A stretch of 64,000 nucleotides of DNA from an uncultured Staphylococcaceae bacterium (GCA_964437955.1 CAYTIR010000005.1:1366-65365), one strand, 5' to 3'. Positions 41,603-50,878 are shown, numbered from the stretch's first letter. Numbers and translations: made by a program. The notes: a model not told the origin generated them from the sequence alone.

Positions 41603-42760
41603 ATGTTACAGGAACCGATTGTTGCTACGGTCGTACTGTTTGCCCTGATCGCTTTGGGAGAATGTATTTCAATCTATACGAGAGCCCGTATACCAATGCT
41701 GATGACGGCAATGCTGGGCTTCCTTGTCCTGACCTGGATTGGTGTTTTTCCGGAGAATATACTTGAGCTTTCAACATTGCCTGCATTGGGAGCGATACTG
41801 ATCGGACCTCTGATCCTGCATATGGGTACATTGATGCGGTTTAAAATTCTGAAGAAACAGTGGCGGGCAGTCGTCATTGCCCTGTCCGGACTCGCCGGGG
41901 CACTGACTCTGATTTTGGTTATTGTCACTTTGATATATGATTTTCCGACCGCTGCAAGTGGGGTCGGGCCTGTTTCCGGCGGTGTTGTTGCATTGCTGAT
42001 CACCAATGAAAAATTGACTGAACTCGGACTGACGAGCCTGATTGTCGTTCCGGTGCTGGTCCAGTCTTTCCAAGGGGTCATCGGCATGCCGCTGGCGGCG
42101 GGACTTATGAAAAAATACGGGCGGCATTTCATGTCTGAAGGCGGTCGTGCCACAAGTGAAATCCCGTTCGAGGACAAAGAAGAGGACAGTGTATCGGTAA
42201 GGTTCAGCCTGATGAAGAATAATACGATCAAGCTATTTGTCATCTTCCTCCTTGCCGCTGCAGGGGTTGTACTCGGCAGTGTGACAGGCATCCACTATAC
42301 ATTGTTCTGTCTGTTGTTCGGCATTTTGGCGCTGAATACGAATCTGCTGCCGAAGAGTGCACTGGAATCTGCAAATTCATTCAGCTTCATGATGGTTGCA
42401 TTGATCTTCGTCATCATCGGCACGATGGGCGGCATTACGCCGCAGGATGTCCTCGATAACATTTTGGCAGTGCTCTTGATACTCGGCCTCGGAATCTTCG
42501 GTATTCTGGCTGGCGGCCTGGCTGCATCGAAAGTCGTGGGCTGGCATCCGTATAAAGGCATGCCTGTGGCACTGACAGCACTCATCGGCTTCCCGGGTGA
42601 CTATCTGATATGCGAGGAAGTGGCACGCAGTGAAACGGATAATCCTGAAGATGAAGCGAAGCTTTTCCAGGAACTGGTCACCCCGATGCTGATCGGCGGT
42701 TTCGTAACAGTGACAATCGCTTCGGTGTTCATTGCAACGTTCGTAATGAGCCTCATTTAA
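41603..42760 (+). CDS. uncharacterised multi-pass membrane protein (putative transporter)
   Basis: 385 aa, about 10-11 TM helices in two halves separated by a charged loop (EIPFEDKEEDS). AAGGAG RBS. Confidence 0.6.
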   Translation: MLQEPIVATVVLFALIALGECISIYTRARIPMLMTAMLGFLVLTWIGVFPENILELSTLPALGAILIGPLILHMGTLMRFKILKKQWRAVVIALSGLAGALTLILVIVTLIYDFPTAASGVGPVSGGVVALLITNEKLTELGLTSLIVVPVLVQSFQGVIGMPLAAGLMKKYGRHFMSEGGRATSEIPFEDKEEDSVSVRFSLMKNNTIKLFVIFLLAAAGVVLGSVTGIHYTLFCLLFGILALNTNLLPKSALESANSFSFMMVALIFVIIGTMGGITPQDVLDNILAVLLILGLGIFGILAGGLAASKVVGWHPYKGMPVALTALIGFPGDYLICEEVARSETDNPEDEAKLFQELVTPMLIGGFVTVTIASVFIATFVMSLI

Positions 42761-42788
42761 TTTATTTTTGAAAATAGGAGTGTTTATA

Positions 42789-44021
42789 TTGGGTAAATTG
42801 TTTATCAAAAATGTCAATCTGATTGACGGTACGGGATCTGAAGTCGTAAAGAATACGAATGTCCTTGTCGAGGACGGCCGGTTCACGGCGGTTGATTCTG
42901 ATGCAGCACGACCAGAGGGGGCAGATGTCCTTGATGGAAATGGACAGTATATGCTGCCGGGCATGATCGATGCGCATGTGCATATGATGACGGAATTCAA
43001 GCCATTGGAACAAAGGCTCGTCACACCATTCTCATACAATTTCTATGCAGCTGCACAATACTTGGACCGGACATTGAATGCCGGTGTGACCTCGGTCAGG
43101 GACGCCCTGGGCAGTGATCTCGGCCTGAAGAAAGCGATTGATGATGGACTGGTGAAAGGCCCGAGGATGCAGATCAGTGTGAATGCACTGACCATCACAG
43201 GCGGTCACGGGGATGGTTATAACTATTCAGGCGTTGTAACTGACCTGATACAGGCGCATCCGGGCATGCCGCATGGTGTATGCGACGGTGTCGAAGAAGT
43301 GCGCAAAAAGACGCGCGAGATGCTGAGGGCAGGGGCCGATGTAATAAAAGTCCACGCTACAGGCGGTGTTTCCAGTCCGACAGACCATCCTAAGTTCACA
43401 CAGTTCTCATTGGAAGAGCTCAAAGTGATTGTTGAAGAGGCTAAGTTCAGAAACGGCGTCAAAGTCATGGCGCATGCACAGGGTCTGGAAGGCGTCAGGC
43501 AATGTGTGGAAGCGGGAATCCATTCGATCGAACATGGCATATTCCTGGATGACGAAGTATGCGGCCAGATGAAAGACCAGGGGACCTATCTGGTGCCGAC
43601 ACTGCTTGCGCCGGTGTCAGTCCTTGAATTCTCAGAAGAACTGGGCATGTCACAGACGGCAATCGACAAATCCAAAGAAGTATTGGATTATCACAAAGAG
43701 AGTTTCACAAGAGCCTACAAGGCAGGGGTCAAGATAGCGATGGGTACAGATGCCGGTGTATTCAAGCACGGGACGAACCTCAGGGAACTTGAACTCATGG
43801 TCGAATGCGGCATGACGCCGATGGATGCGATTGTCGCCTCTACGAAAACTTCGGCAGAATGCCTGGGGTATACAGATATCGGGCTGGTCAAAGAAGGTTA
43901 TGTTGCGGACTTCATACTTTCACGTGAAAATCCTCTGGAGAATATCGGTGCATTGAAAGATAACGATAATATCCAGGTTGTCGTGAAAGATGGCGTCGTC
44001 CACAAAAATATTATAGAATGA
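42789..44021 (+). CDS. metal-dependent amidohydrolase (imidazolonepropionase/Xaa-Pro dipeptidase-like)
   Basis: LPGMIDAHVHM, VKVHATGG, MAHAQG, GTDAG metal ligands. TTG start after a TAGGAG RBS. Confidence 0.8.
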   Translation: MGKLFIKNVNLIDGTGSEVVKNTNVLVEDGRFTAVDSDAARPEGADVLDGNGQYMLPGMIDAHVHMMTEFKPLEQRLVTPFSYNFYAAAQYLDRTLNAGVTSVRDALGSDLGLKKAIDDGLVKGPRMQISVNALTITGGHGDGYNYSGVVTDLIQAHPGMPHGVCDGVEEVRKKTREMLRAGADVIKVHATGGVSSPTDHPKFTQFSLEELKVIVEEAKFRNGVKVMAHAQGLEGVRQCVEAGIHSIEHGIFLDDEVCGQMKDQGTYLVPTLLAPVSVLEFSEELGMSQTAIDKSKEVLDYHKESFTRAYKAGVKIAMGTDAGVFKHGTNLRELELMVECGMTPMDAIVASTKTSAECLGYTDIGLVKEGYVADFILSRENPLENIGALKDNDNIQVVVKDGVVHKNIIE

Positions 44022-44080
44022 AGATAATATGAAGATTCTGGATGATTATCCAGAATCTTTTTTTGGATGTGGAGGGTATT

Positions 44081-44968
44081 ATGAAAAAAGCTTCAGTGAT
44101 ATTCAATAAAAAATCCGGCAAGAAAAGGAAGTACCCGGCAGAGTATAATATCATCGAGCAACTGACGCGGATTGGGTATGACGTGGAAATCTTATATACA
44201 CCCTCCACCGGTGCACGCCTTATTGCAGCTGAGGCGGCCAGGTACAGTGACTTGATTGTTGCCTCAGGCGGTGATGGAACGATTGGTGAAGTCATCGGCG
44301 GCATTGCTGAAAGTGGCGGAAATCCGCTGCTGTCAATACTGCCGGCAGGTACGGTAAATGATTATGCCAGGGCGCTCGGCATACCTTTGAATCTCCAGGA
44401 AGCCGTAGAATCCCTGTCCAGCCCGCAGGAAATCATTGAAGCGGATGTTGTGGCATATAATGACAGGCATGCAGGCTATCTGATTGCCCTGGGTGATTTC
44501 ATGGAATCATTCACAAAAGTCGCTTCGGAATCGAAAAAGCAGTACGGGAAACTGGCATATCTGAATAAAGGGATCCGGGCCCTGGCGAAGATGAAACCAT
44601 ATGAAATCAGAATAAAGCACGATGGTGGAGAAATATCAGCCACGACCCTTGCGACAATCGTCTCGAGCGCACCCTCTGTAGGCAGTTTCAACAGTCTGAT
44701 TCCCCAGGCAGAACTGGATGACGGTTTGCTGCATGTTCTGAATATCGCAGAATCAAATCCGAAAGAAATACTGGAAATCATCTATCTGGCAGCAAGAGGA
44801 AGGATTACGGAACATAAAAATATACGATATATAAGGAGCAGTCATCTGGAAATCGTGACAGACAGGCTCGAAATGATGAATATCGACGGGGATGCGTTTC
44901 CATTCGAACCACTTGATGTCAGACTGATTCCCGGTCGGGTCAGGATCAGCCGCCCGAAGAAAAGTTGA
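44081..44968 (+). CDS. diacylglycerol/lipid kinase family protein (DagK/YegS/BmrU-like)
   Basis: ASGGDGTIGEV and LPAGTVNDYAR motifs. GGAGGG RBS. Confidence 0.8.
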   Translation: MKKASVIFNKKSGKKRKYPAEYNIIEQLTRIGYDVEILYTPSTGARLIAAEAARYSDLIVASGGDGTIGEVIGGIAESGGNPLLSILPAGTVNDYARALGIPLNLQEAVESLSSPQEIIEADVVAYNDRHAGYLIALGDFMESFTKVASESKKQYGKLAYLNKGIRALAKMKPYEIRIKHDGGEISATTLATIVSSAPSVGSFNSLIPQAELDDGLLHVLNIAESNPKEILEIIYLAARGRITEHKNIRYIRSSHLEIVTDRLEMMNIDGDAFPFEPLDVRLIPGRVRISRPKKS

Positions 44969-45061
44969 ACCGGTACTGACTGGACAGGCATATTGAAAAA
45001 TTTCCCTTTTTGATTTATCATATATCGGGTGACATAAAACGGACAGAAGGAGGAGTATATT

Positions 45062-45955
45062 GTGAAAATCAGAAAAAGACTCAACAAAATCAACTTCGAC
45101 AAGAGAAAGCTCACCATCAGCCCGAGGATTACCCAGCAGACATTGATCAATCTCGCTACAGTCATCTTCGGATCGTTCATCTTTTCTATCGGGGTCAACA
45201 CGTTCATGATTGCAGGGAATCTTGGTGAAGGCGGAGTCACGGGTATCGCAATTATACTCCTCTATGCATTTGATATATCACCGGCGATTTCAACATTTGT
45301 GTTCAACGTACTTTTATTGGGTGTCGGTTTTAAATTTTTAAGTAAACGTTCCATGTACTATACAATATTTGTAGTGTTCCTGATGTCATTCTTCCTTTGG
45401 TTGACAGAAACATGGCATATCGAAACCGATGAAATACTGATCAATACCGTATTCGGCGGGATGTTCGTCGGACTCGGCATCGGTCTGATCATCAGAGTCG
45501 GGGCGACAACCGCCGGAACGACGATACTGGCCCAGCTTGCCAACAAATATCTCGATGTCAACGTATCCTACGCACTGCTGTTCTTCGACATGATCGTCAT
45601 CACCATCGGACTGACAGTAATGACATTTGAACAGGTGCTGCTCACAGTCATCGCACTGTACATTGCAGCGAAAGTCATGGACTTCATCATCGAAGGTATG
45701 AACCCGAAAAAGGCGATTACCATCATTTCCGAACACCCGGAGCTGCTAGGTAAGATGATCAACAGTGAAATCGGCCGGGGGGTCACGACGATGAACGGTA
45801 AAGGCTTCTACACACAGGAGGATAAGGACATCCTCTATGTCGTAATCAATAAAAACCAACTGACCCGGATAAAACGGCTCATCAAAAAATATGATGACAA
45901 CGCATTCGTCGTCGTACACGATGTCAACAGCGTCCTCGGGAATTATTTCATATAA
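45062..45955 (+). CDS. YitT-family membrane protein with C-terminal DUF2179
   Basis: GVNTFMIAGNLGEGGVTGIA and the C-terminal VTTMNGKGFY...FVVVHDVNSVLG. GTG start after AAGGAGGAG. Confidence 0.8.
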   Translation: MKIRKRLNKINFDKRKLTISPRITQQTLINLATVIFGSFIFSIGVNTFMIAGNLGEGGVTGIAIILLYAFDISPAISTFVFNVLLLGVGFKFLSKRSMYYTIFVVFLMSFFLWLTETWHIETDEILINTVFGGMFVGLGIGLIIRVGATTAGTTILAQLANKYLDVNVSYALLFFDMIVITIGLTVMTFEQVLLTVIALYIAAKVMDFIIEGMNPKKAITIISEHPELLGKMINSEIGRGVTTMNGKGFYTQEDKDILYVVINKNQLTRIKRLIKKYDDNAFVVVHDVNSVLGNYFI

Positions 45956-45960
45956 ATATC

Positions 45961-45997
45961 AAGGGATTGGAAGATTTATGCTTCCAATCCCTTTTTA
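45961..45997 (+). terminator. terminator
   Basis: aagggattggaag atttatg cttccaatccctttttat. Confidence 0.8.
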
Positions 45998-46014
45998 TGG
46001 GTAATATAATAATG

Positions 46015-46043
46015 TTACGAAAATATTACGGATAATGTAATAT
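46015..46043 (+). promoter_or_regulatory. promoter of lipoprotein paralog 1
   Basis: TTACGA, 17-nt spacer, TAATAT. Same layout as the promoters of paralogs 2 and 3. Confidence 0.5.
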
Positions 46044-46073
46044 TCAGAAAAATAAAATGGATGGTGGACTTTC

Positions 46074-47123
46074 ATGAATCGATTATTGTGTGCAGCATTC
46101 ACTTGTATCATGTTTTTGACAGCGTGCGGGGATAGTGGAGAAGAAGAAACGACCGAAGAGGCAACAGAGGAAGAAACAATCGAAGAAGCATCCTCTGAAG
46201 AAGAGAGTACTGAGGAAGAGTCGACAGAAGCAGATTCAGCCAGTGATACCGGAACAAAAGAGGAATCGGATGAAAAAGACGGGGAGACGGATGAAGCGAC
46301 GGATGAAGAGAAGGCGGAAGATCTGACCGCCGCGGAAATCGACGAAGAATCATTGGACTCCGCTTATGATATAGACGAAGATAAAGTAACTATGATGGAA
46401 AATGCAACTGACACTGACAGGTCTGTCGAAGAAGTGCTGAAGGCACCTTCTGAGATCACATCATATATACAGGACACATCAATCATCATCGAAGTCAAGG
46501 AGGGGGAACAGGTTGTAAACCAGTCATTCCAGGGCATCACCGCCGAAATTGATGAGACAGACGGCAGGTTGGAAGTTGCATCGGACTACTTTGATGAAAA
46601 TTATGAAATCATACAACCCCATGGATACGGCAACAGCGAGACCGGGGAATTGTTCTTGTACACCCAGGCCGGATGGGAAGACTATTCCGATCGGCACGGG
46701 GTTGAAGAACTGTTATACGGTACTTATTCCAATCTACATGAAATCATCGAACAGATGCCGGATTCACTTCAGGTCAAGGAGGAGGGGGATTATGACATCC
46801 TCTACTACACCGGCAATGATGATATCGTCCATCAGCTCTATCAGAAGTACTTCAAAGTGGAATTTACCGGAGCGGATATGCGGAATCTTGCATTGGGATT
46901 TGTGGCATTCATCAACAAAGAATCGGGGGATCTCGAGAGTGCCAACCTGATTGCGACAGCACCTGGATTGGATAACCCGGAACAGATACTCACCATTGAA
47001 ATCATACTGAACTATCAGGAGTACGGCATTTTTGACGGCGAAACAGAAATCAAGAAACCGAACCCGGATGACATGACATCCCCTTCCTCGGAAGATGAGG
47101 GGATAGAAGGGTCCCTTGAGTAA
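46074..47123 (+). CDS. lipoprotein, acidic-linker family, paralog 1
   Basis: Signal peptide with lipobox LTAC, E/S/T-rich linker, then an approximately 250-aa conserved domain (KAPSEITSY, QPHGYGNSETGELFLY, LYYTGNDD, VAFINKESGDLESANL, ILNYQEYG). C-terminal EDEGIEGSLE. Confidence 0.8.
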   Translation: MNRLLCAAFTCIMFLTACGDSGEEETTEEATEEETIEEASSEEESTEEESTEADSASDTGTKEESDEKDGETDEATDEEKAEDLTAAEIDEESLDSAYDIDEDKVTMMENATDTDRSVEEVLKAPSEITSYIQDTSIIIEVKEGEQVVNQSFQGITAEIDETDGRLEVASDYFDENYEIIQPHGYGNSETGELFLYTQAGWEDYSDRHGVEELLYGTYSNLHEIIEQMPDSLQVKEEGDYDILYYTGNDDIVHQLYQKYFKVEFTGADMRNLALGFVAFINKESGDLESANLIATAPGLDNPEQILTIEIILNYQEYGIFDGETEIKKPNPDDMTSPSSEDEGIEGSLE

Positions 47124-47140
47124 AATGCCGCTTATACCGG

Positions 47141-47183
47141 AACAGACGGGGAATATTTTATCATTCCCCGTCTGTTTTTTTGT
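47141..47183 (+). terminator. terminator of paralog 1
   Basis: acagacgggga atattttatc attccccgtctgt followed by ttttttt. Confidence 0.8.
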
Positions 47184-47229
47184 TTGAGAAATTAGCTAAT
47201 GAACAAAGATGATATTTTACAATTAAATG

Positions 47230-47258
47230 TTACAGAAATATAACAAAAATGTTACAAT
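47230..47258 (+). promoter_or_regulatory. promoter of lipoprotein paralog 2
   Basis: TTACAG, 17-nt spacer, TGtTACAAT. TGTTACA occurs twice, 22 nt apart (47228, 47250). Confidence 0.6.
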
Positions 47259-47300
47259 GATAGTTGAATTATCACATTTATAAAAGCAGGAGGAAATGAC

Positions 47301-49061
47301 ATGAAAAAATTAATTTCAGCCATGTTATTCGGCGTACTCGCTTTAACAGCATGCAGTGGGGAAGAGGATTCCAAGGCAGAAACAGCCGATGAAGCATCCT
47401 CTGAGGAAGAAACGGCTGAAGAGCAGAACAAAGAAAATGAATCATCAGAGGAAGCGGCATCTGAAGATGGTTCAGACGATGTGGCCAAAGAAGCCACACA
47501 TGAAGAGGAAGATATGGAATCTGCATTTCGTCTAAATCCACAGCAGGCGGATGTTATAGAAAATGTTAAGCAGAGTGATAAATCTGTGGAAGATGTGATT
47601 CAGCCCCCTTCAGAAGTCACATCATACAAGCATGAAACAGTGATTCATTTCTCATCTGTCAACGATGGACAGGTTACGAAGGAAACAGAAATGGGATTGA
47701 CTGCAGAAGTATATGATGCAGAAGATAAAATGGTGATGGCTTCAGAAATGATAGATGAAAACCGTGAAGCCGTTCGGCCGCATGGTTACGTAAACACGGA
47801 AAACGACGAAATATTATTGTTTAAAGAAGGGGAATGGACGGATGCTTCTTCACAGTACAGCACGGAAGAAATGGTCAATGGTATTTATTCAAACGCCTAT
47901 GACATGATCAGTCAGATGTCAGATCTGCTTGAAGTGCAGGAAGCGGAAGATTATTACGTCCTCTATTACAGCGGTAACGATCAAAGTGTTTTCGATATTT
48001 ATAAGGAAAAATTCAATATTGAATTCACTGGTCCTGAAAACGATGGTATAAAAACGGGTATGGTAGCTTTCATCAATAAAGAGACCGGTGTTCTGGAAAG
48101 TGTGAAAATGAAAGCATCATCAACAGGTTCTGAGGAAGAGCTCGTAATGATCGGCACTCTTAATTATACAGAGTATGGTGCATTAGATGCCAAAGATATA
48201 GAAAGGCCGGACATAGAAACAGCGGGCGGCAAGAATGCCGGTGAATCCGGTGAAGAAAATGAAAGTACAGGTGGTGACATTTCTGAAGCTGACCTGGAAG
48301 ATATAGAACATCTGGATGCAGATAAGACTGCTGTGATAAAAGATATGAAAGAAACAGGGGAATCTGTTGAAGAAGTCCTTCAACCTGTCTCGGAAGTCAC
48401 GTCATACTTGCAGGAAACTTTGATTGCCATCAAAATTGCTGAGAATGGTCAGGTGATCGACCAGAGATTTGGCGGAAACAAAGCTCAAATCTATGAATCA
48501 GATGAAAAAATTAAAATTTCGTCAGATTTCCTGGATCAAAATTATAATGTCACCGGACCACATGGCTACGCAGACAGTGAATCAGGGGAGATGTATATCT
48601 ATTCAGACCAGGGATGGACGGATTTTTCTTCCCAATACGAGCCTGAGGAATTGATCTATGGGACATATTCAAATATCCATGAAATAATCAGCCAGCTTCC
48701 TGACTCACTCAAAGTAATGGAAGCAAATGGATACGATATCCTTTACTACACGGGCAATGATGAGAGTGTCTTTGAACTTTATCAGGAAACTTTCAACCTT
48801 GAATTTTCAGGAACAGATCAGTCCACGATTCAAACGGGCTTTATGGCATTTATAAACAAAGAATCTGGTGAACTGGAATCGGCTGCCTTACTTGCTAAAG
48901 GAAATGCAACCGATAAACCGGAGCAGGAAATCATTGCAGAAATAGTTCTCAATTATTCGGATTATGGTGCATTCGATAATAAGGATATAAAGAAACCGGA
49001 GATGGAAGATGTCTCAACTTCTTCCACAGAAGATGAAGGAATAGAGGGTTCCATCGATTAA
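47301..49061 (+). CDS. lipoprotein, acidic-linker family, paralog 2, with two copies of the family domain
   Basis: Lipobox LTAC. Domain copy A spans about aa 70-300 and copy B about aa 330-586; each has PSEVTSY, PHGY, LYY(S/T)GND, (V/M)AFINKE(T/S)G.LES, LNY..YGA.D. C-terminal EDEGIEGSID. Confidence 0.8.
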   Translation: MKKLISAMLFGVLALTACSGEEDSKAETADEASSEEETAEEQNKENESSEEAASEDGSDDVAKEATHEEEDMESAFRLNPQQADVIENVKQSDKSVEDVIQPPSEVTSYKHETVIHFSSVNDGQVTKETEMGLTAEVYDAEDKMVMASEMIDENREAVRPHGYVNTENDEILLFKEGEWTDASSQYSTEEMVNGIYSNAYDMISQMSDLLEVQEAEDYYVLYYSGNDQSVFDIYKEKFNIEFTGPENDGIKTGMVAFINKETGVLESVKMKASSTGSEEELVMIGTLNYTEYGALDAKDIERPDIETAGGKNAGESGEENESTGGDISEADLEDIEHLDADKTAVIKDMKETGESVEEVLQPVSEVTSYLQETLIAIKIAENGQVIDQRFGGNKAQIYESDEKIKISSDFLDQNYNVTGPHGYADSESGEMYIYSDQGWTDFSSQYEPEELIYGTYSNIHEIISQLPDSLKVMEANGYDILYYTGNDESVFELYQETFNLEFSGTDQSTIQTGFMAFINKESGELESAALLAKGNATDKPEQEIIAEIVLNYSDYGAFDNKDIKKPEMEDVSTSSTEDEGIEGSID

Positions 49062-49082
49062 AGCATCAAGATAAAAATTACA

Positions 49083-49130
49083 GGCAGGTTGGAGATTATA
49101 TAAAGTTTCCATCCTGTCTTTGTTGTTTTG
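49083..49130 (+). terminator. terminator of paralog 2
   Basis: aggcaggttgga ... tccatcctgtct (one mismatch, one G-U pair) followed by ttgttgtttt. Confidence 0.6.
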
Positions 49131-49163
49131 GAAAATTAAAACCCGGATTTTCCAGGAAATTTG

Positions 49164-49192
49164 TTACAGAAATATCACGAAAATGTTACAAT
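49164..49192 (+). promoter_or_regulatory. promoter of lipoprotein paralog 3
   Basis: TTACAG, 17-nt spacer, TGtTACAAT, nearly identical to the block at 47228-47275. Confidence 0.6.
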
Positions 49193-49237
49193 GATAGCAA
49201 GATTATCATAATTTTACATTCAGGTGGGTGAATTGGA

Positions 49238-50317
49238 ATGAAAAAGTTATTGTCAGCAACACTGGTGGGTACATTGCTTTTAGCAGCATGTAACGGCGGC
49301 GGTGATGAGAACACCGAAGAGAGTACGGAAGCGGAAACGACAGAAGAGACGACAGAAGAGGAAAGCACGGAAGAGGAAAGTTCCGAAGAAGAGAGTTCAG
49401 AGGAAGAAAGCACCGAAGAGGAAAGCACCGAAGAAGAATCAACCGAAGATGATTCAGGCGACAGCGAAGGTGAAGCGTCGGATGACGATGCGGCCGAGTC
49501 AGATGAAGAAGCTTCTGACGATACGTCTGAAGGGGAAGTAGAAGAATCAGACATGAAGGCAGCATACGATCTTGGTCAGGATAAGGCTGACATGATTGAG
49601 AATGCGGAAGATACGGATAAATCCGTTGAAGATGTGCTTCAGGAACCTTCTGAAGTGACATCATATATGCAGGAAACTGCGATAGCCATAAAGGTCACTG
49701 ATGGCGAGCAGGTTCTCGATGAAGGTTTCAATGGTAACAGGGCTGAAGTGGATGAAACGGACGGGAAACTGGAAGTCGCTTCGGATTATGTAGATGAAAA
49801 TTTCAATGTCACACGTCCGCATGGCTATGCGAACAGCGAAACAGGCGAATTGCTGCTGAACACTGAGCAGGGCTGGGTGGATTATTCCAATGAGTATAGC
49901 CCGGATGAACTGATTTATGGTACTTATTCCACATTATATGAAATCATTGAGCAGATGCCGGATTCATTGGAAGTGAAAGAGGCTGGGAACTATCATCTCC
50001 TGTATTACACAGGTGATGATGAAAAGGTTCATGAACTATACCAGAAGTATTTCCAAGTGGAATTTACAGGAGCGAACATGGATGAACTTGAGACTGGATT
50101 TGTCGCATTCATCAACAAAGAATCCGGGGAGCTTGAGAGTGCCAACCTGATTGCCTCTGCACCTTCTCAGCAAAATCCGCAGCAAGAGGTAAAGATAGAA
50201 ATCATTCTGAACTACTCTGACTATGGTGCGTTTGATGATAAGGAAATCAAAAAGCCGAATCCGGATGACATAGTGACTCCGGCAGAGGGTGAGGGCGTAG
50301 AAGGATCTGTTGAATAA
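49238..50317 (+). CDS. lipoprotein, acidic-linker family, paralog 3
   Basis: Lipobox LAAC, (EEEST)n linker, conserved domain. C-terminal EGEGVEGSVE. Confidence 0.8.
   Translation: MKKLLSATLVGTLLLAACNGGGDENTEESTEAETTEETTEEESTEEESSEEESSEEESTEEESTEEESTEDDSGDSEGEASDDDAAESDEEASDDTSEGEVEESDMKAAYDLGQDKADMIENAEDTDKSVEDVLQEPSEVTSYMQETAIAIKVTDGEQVLDEGFNGNRAEVDETDGKLEVASDYVDENFNVTRPHGYANSETGELLLNTEQGWVDYSNEYSPDELIYGTYSTLYEIIEQMPDSLEVKEAGNYHLLYYTGDDEKVHELYQKYFQVEFTGANMDELETGFVAFINKESGELESANLIASAPSQQNPQQEVKIEIILNYSDYGAFDDKEIKKPNPDDIVTPAEGEGVEGSVE
49355..49444 (+). repeat. six imperfect 15-nt tandem coding repeats (GAAGAGGAAAGCACC-like) encoding EEES(T/S) units
   Basis: Units begin at 49355, 49370, 49385, 49400, 49415 and 49430, inside the linker of paralog 3. 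Confidence 0.75.
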
Positions 50318-50334
50318 AATACATGTAAAAATTG

Positions 50335-50373
50335 AAAGGGACGGAAATCGTATGGGATTTCCGTCCCGTTTTT
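50335..50373. terminator. terminator between convergent genes
   Basis: aaagggacggaaat cgtatgg gatttccgtcccgttttt. Confidence 0.85.
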
Positions 50374-50399
50374 ATATTTTGAGCAGAAATGGGACCCGC

Positions 50400-50834
50400 T
50401 TATTTCTCACGCTCATCCCGTTTCATCATGTAGATGGTCTGTTTATCCGTTTCGGCAATGATTTCAAAACCTTTATAGAGCAGCCAGTTTTTGGTGAATG
50501 AGTTTTTAGGGGCAGCATCCATCATCAGAAATATTTCATCCACATCAGAAACTTCCTTTATATAAGCGTTCATCAGTTTTGAGGCGAGTCCCATAGTCTT
50601 ATAGTCAGGATGGACGATCAAATCGGAAATATGCTGAGTGAATTGCATATCACCGGAGGACCGGATGATGCCGACCAGCTGAGTCTCCTCCCATGCCGTG
50701 ATGACATGATCCGAGGCGATGACTGCGTCATATAGCGCATCCAGTCTGTTTTCATATGAGCTGTAGCCTTTGCTCAAGTATAGACTGTTGATATCACTTG
50801 AATTGAAACTTCTATCTTTTCTTAGTTTCAGCAT
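50400..50834 (-). CDS. GNAT N-acetyltransferase
   Basis: MLKLRKDRSF start after an AAGGGTGA RBS. HPDYKTMGLASKLM acetyl-CoA motif. Confidence 0.7.
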   Translation of the reverse strand: MLKLRKDRSFNSSDINSLYLSKGYSSYENRLDALYDAVIASDHVITAWEETQLVGIIRSSGDMQFTQHISDLIVHPDYKTMGLASKLMNAYIKEVSDVDEIFLMMDAAPKNSFTKNWLLYKGFEIIAETDKQTIYMMKRDEREK

Positions 50835-50878
50835 CCTGTCACCCTTTTTAAAATCATGATAATCGAGAGAGTGGGCAA

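Noticed and set aside
49355-49444. Possible CRISPR-like or non-coding repeat array
   Set aside because: The repeats are contiguous 15-nt units without spacers, in frame inside a lipoprotein gene. They are coding low-complexity repeats.
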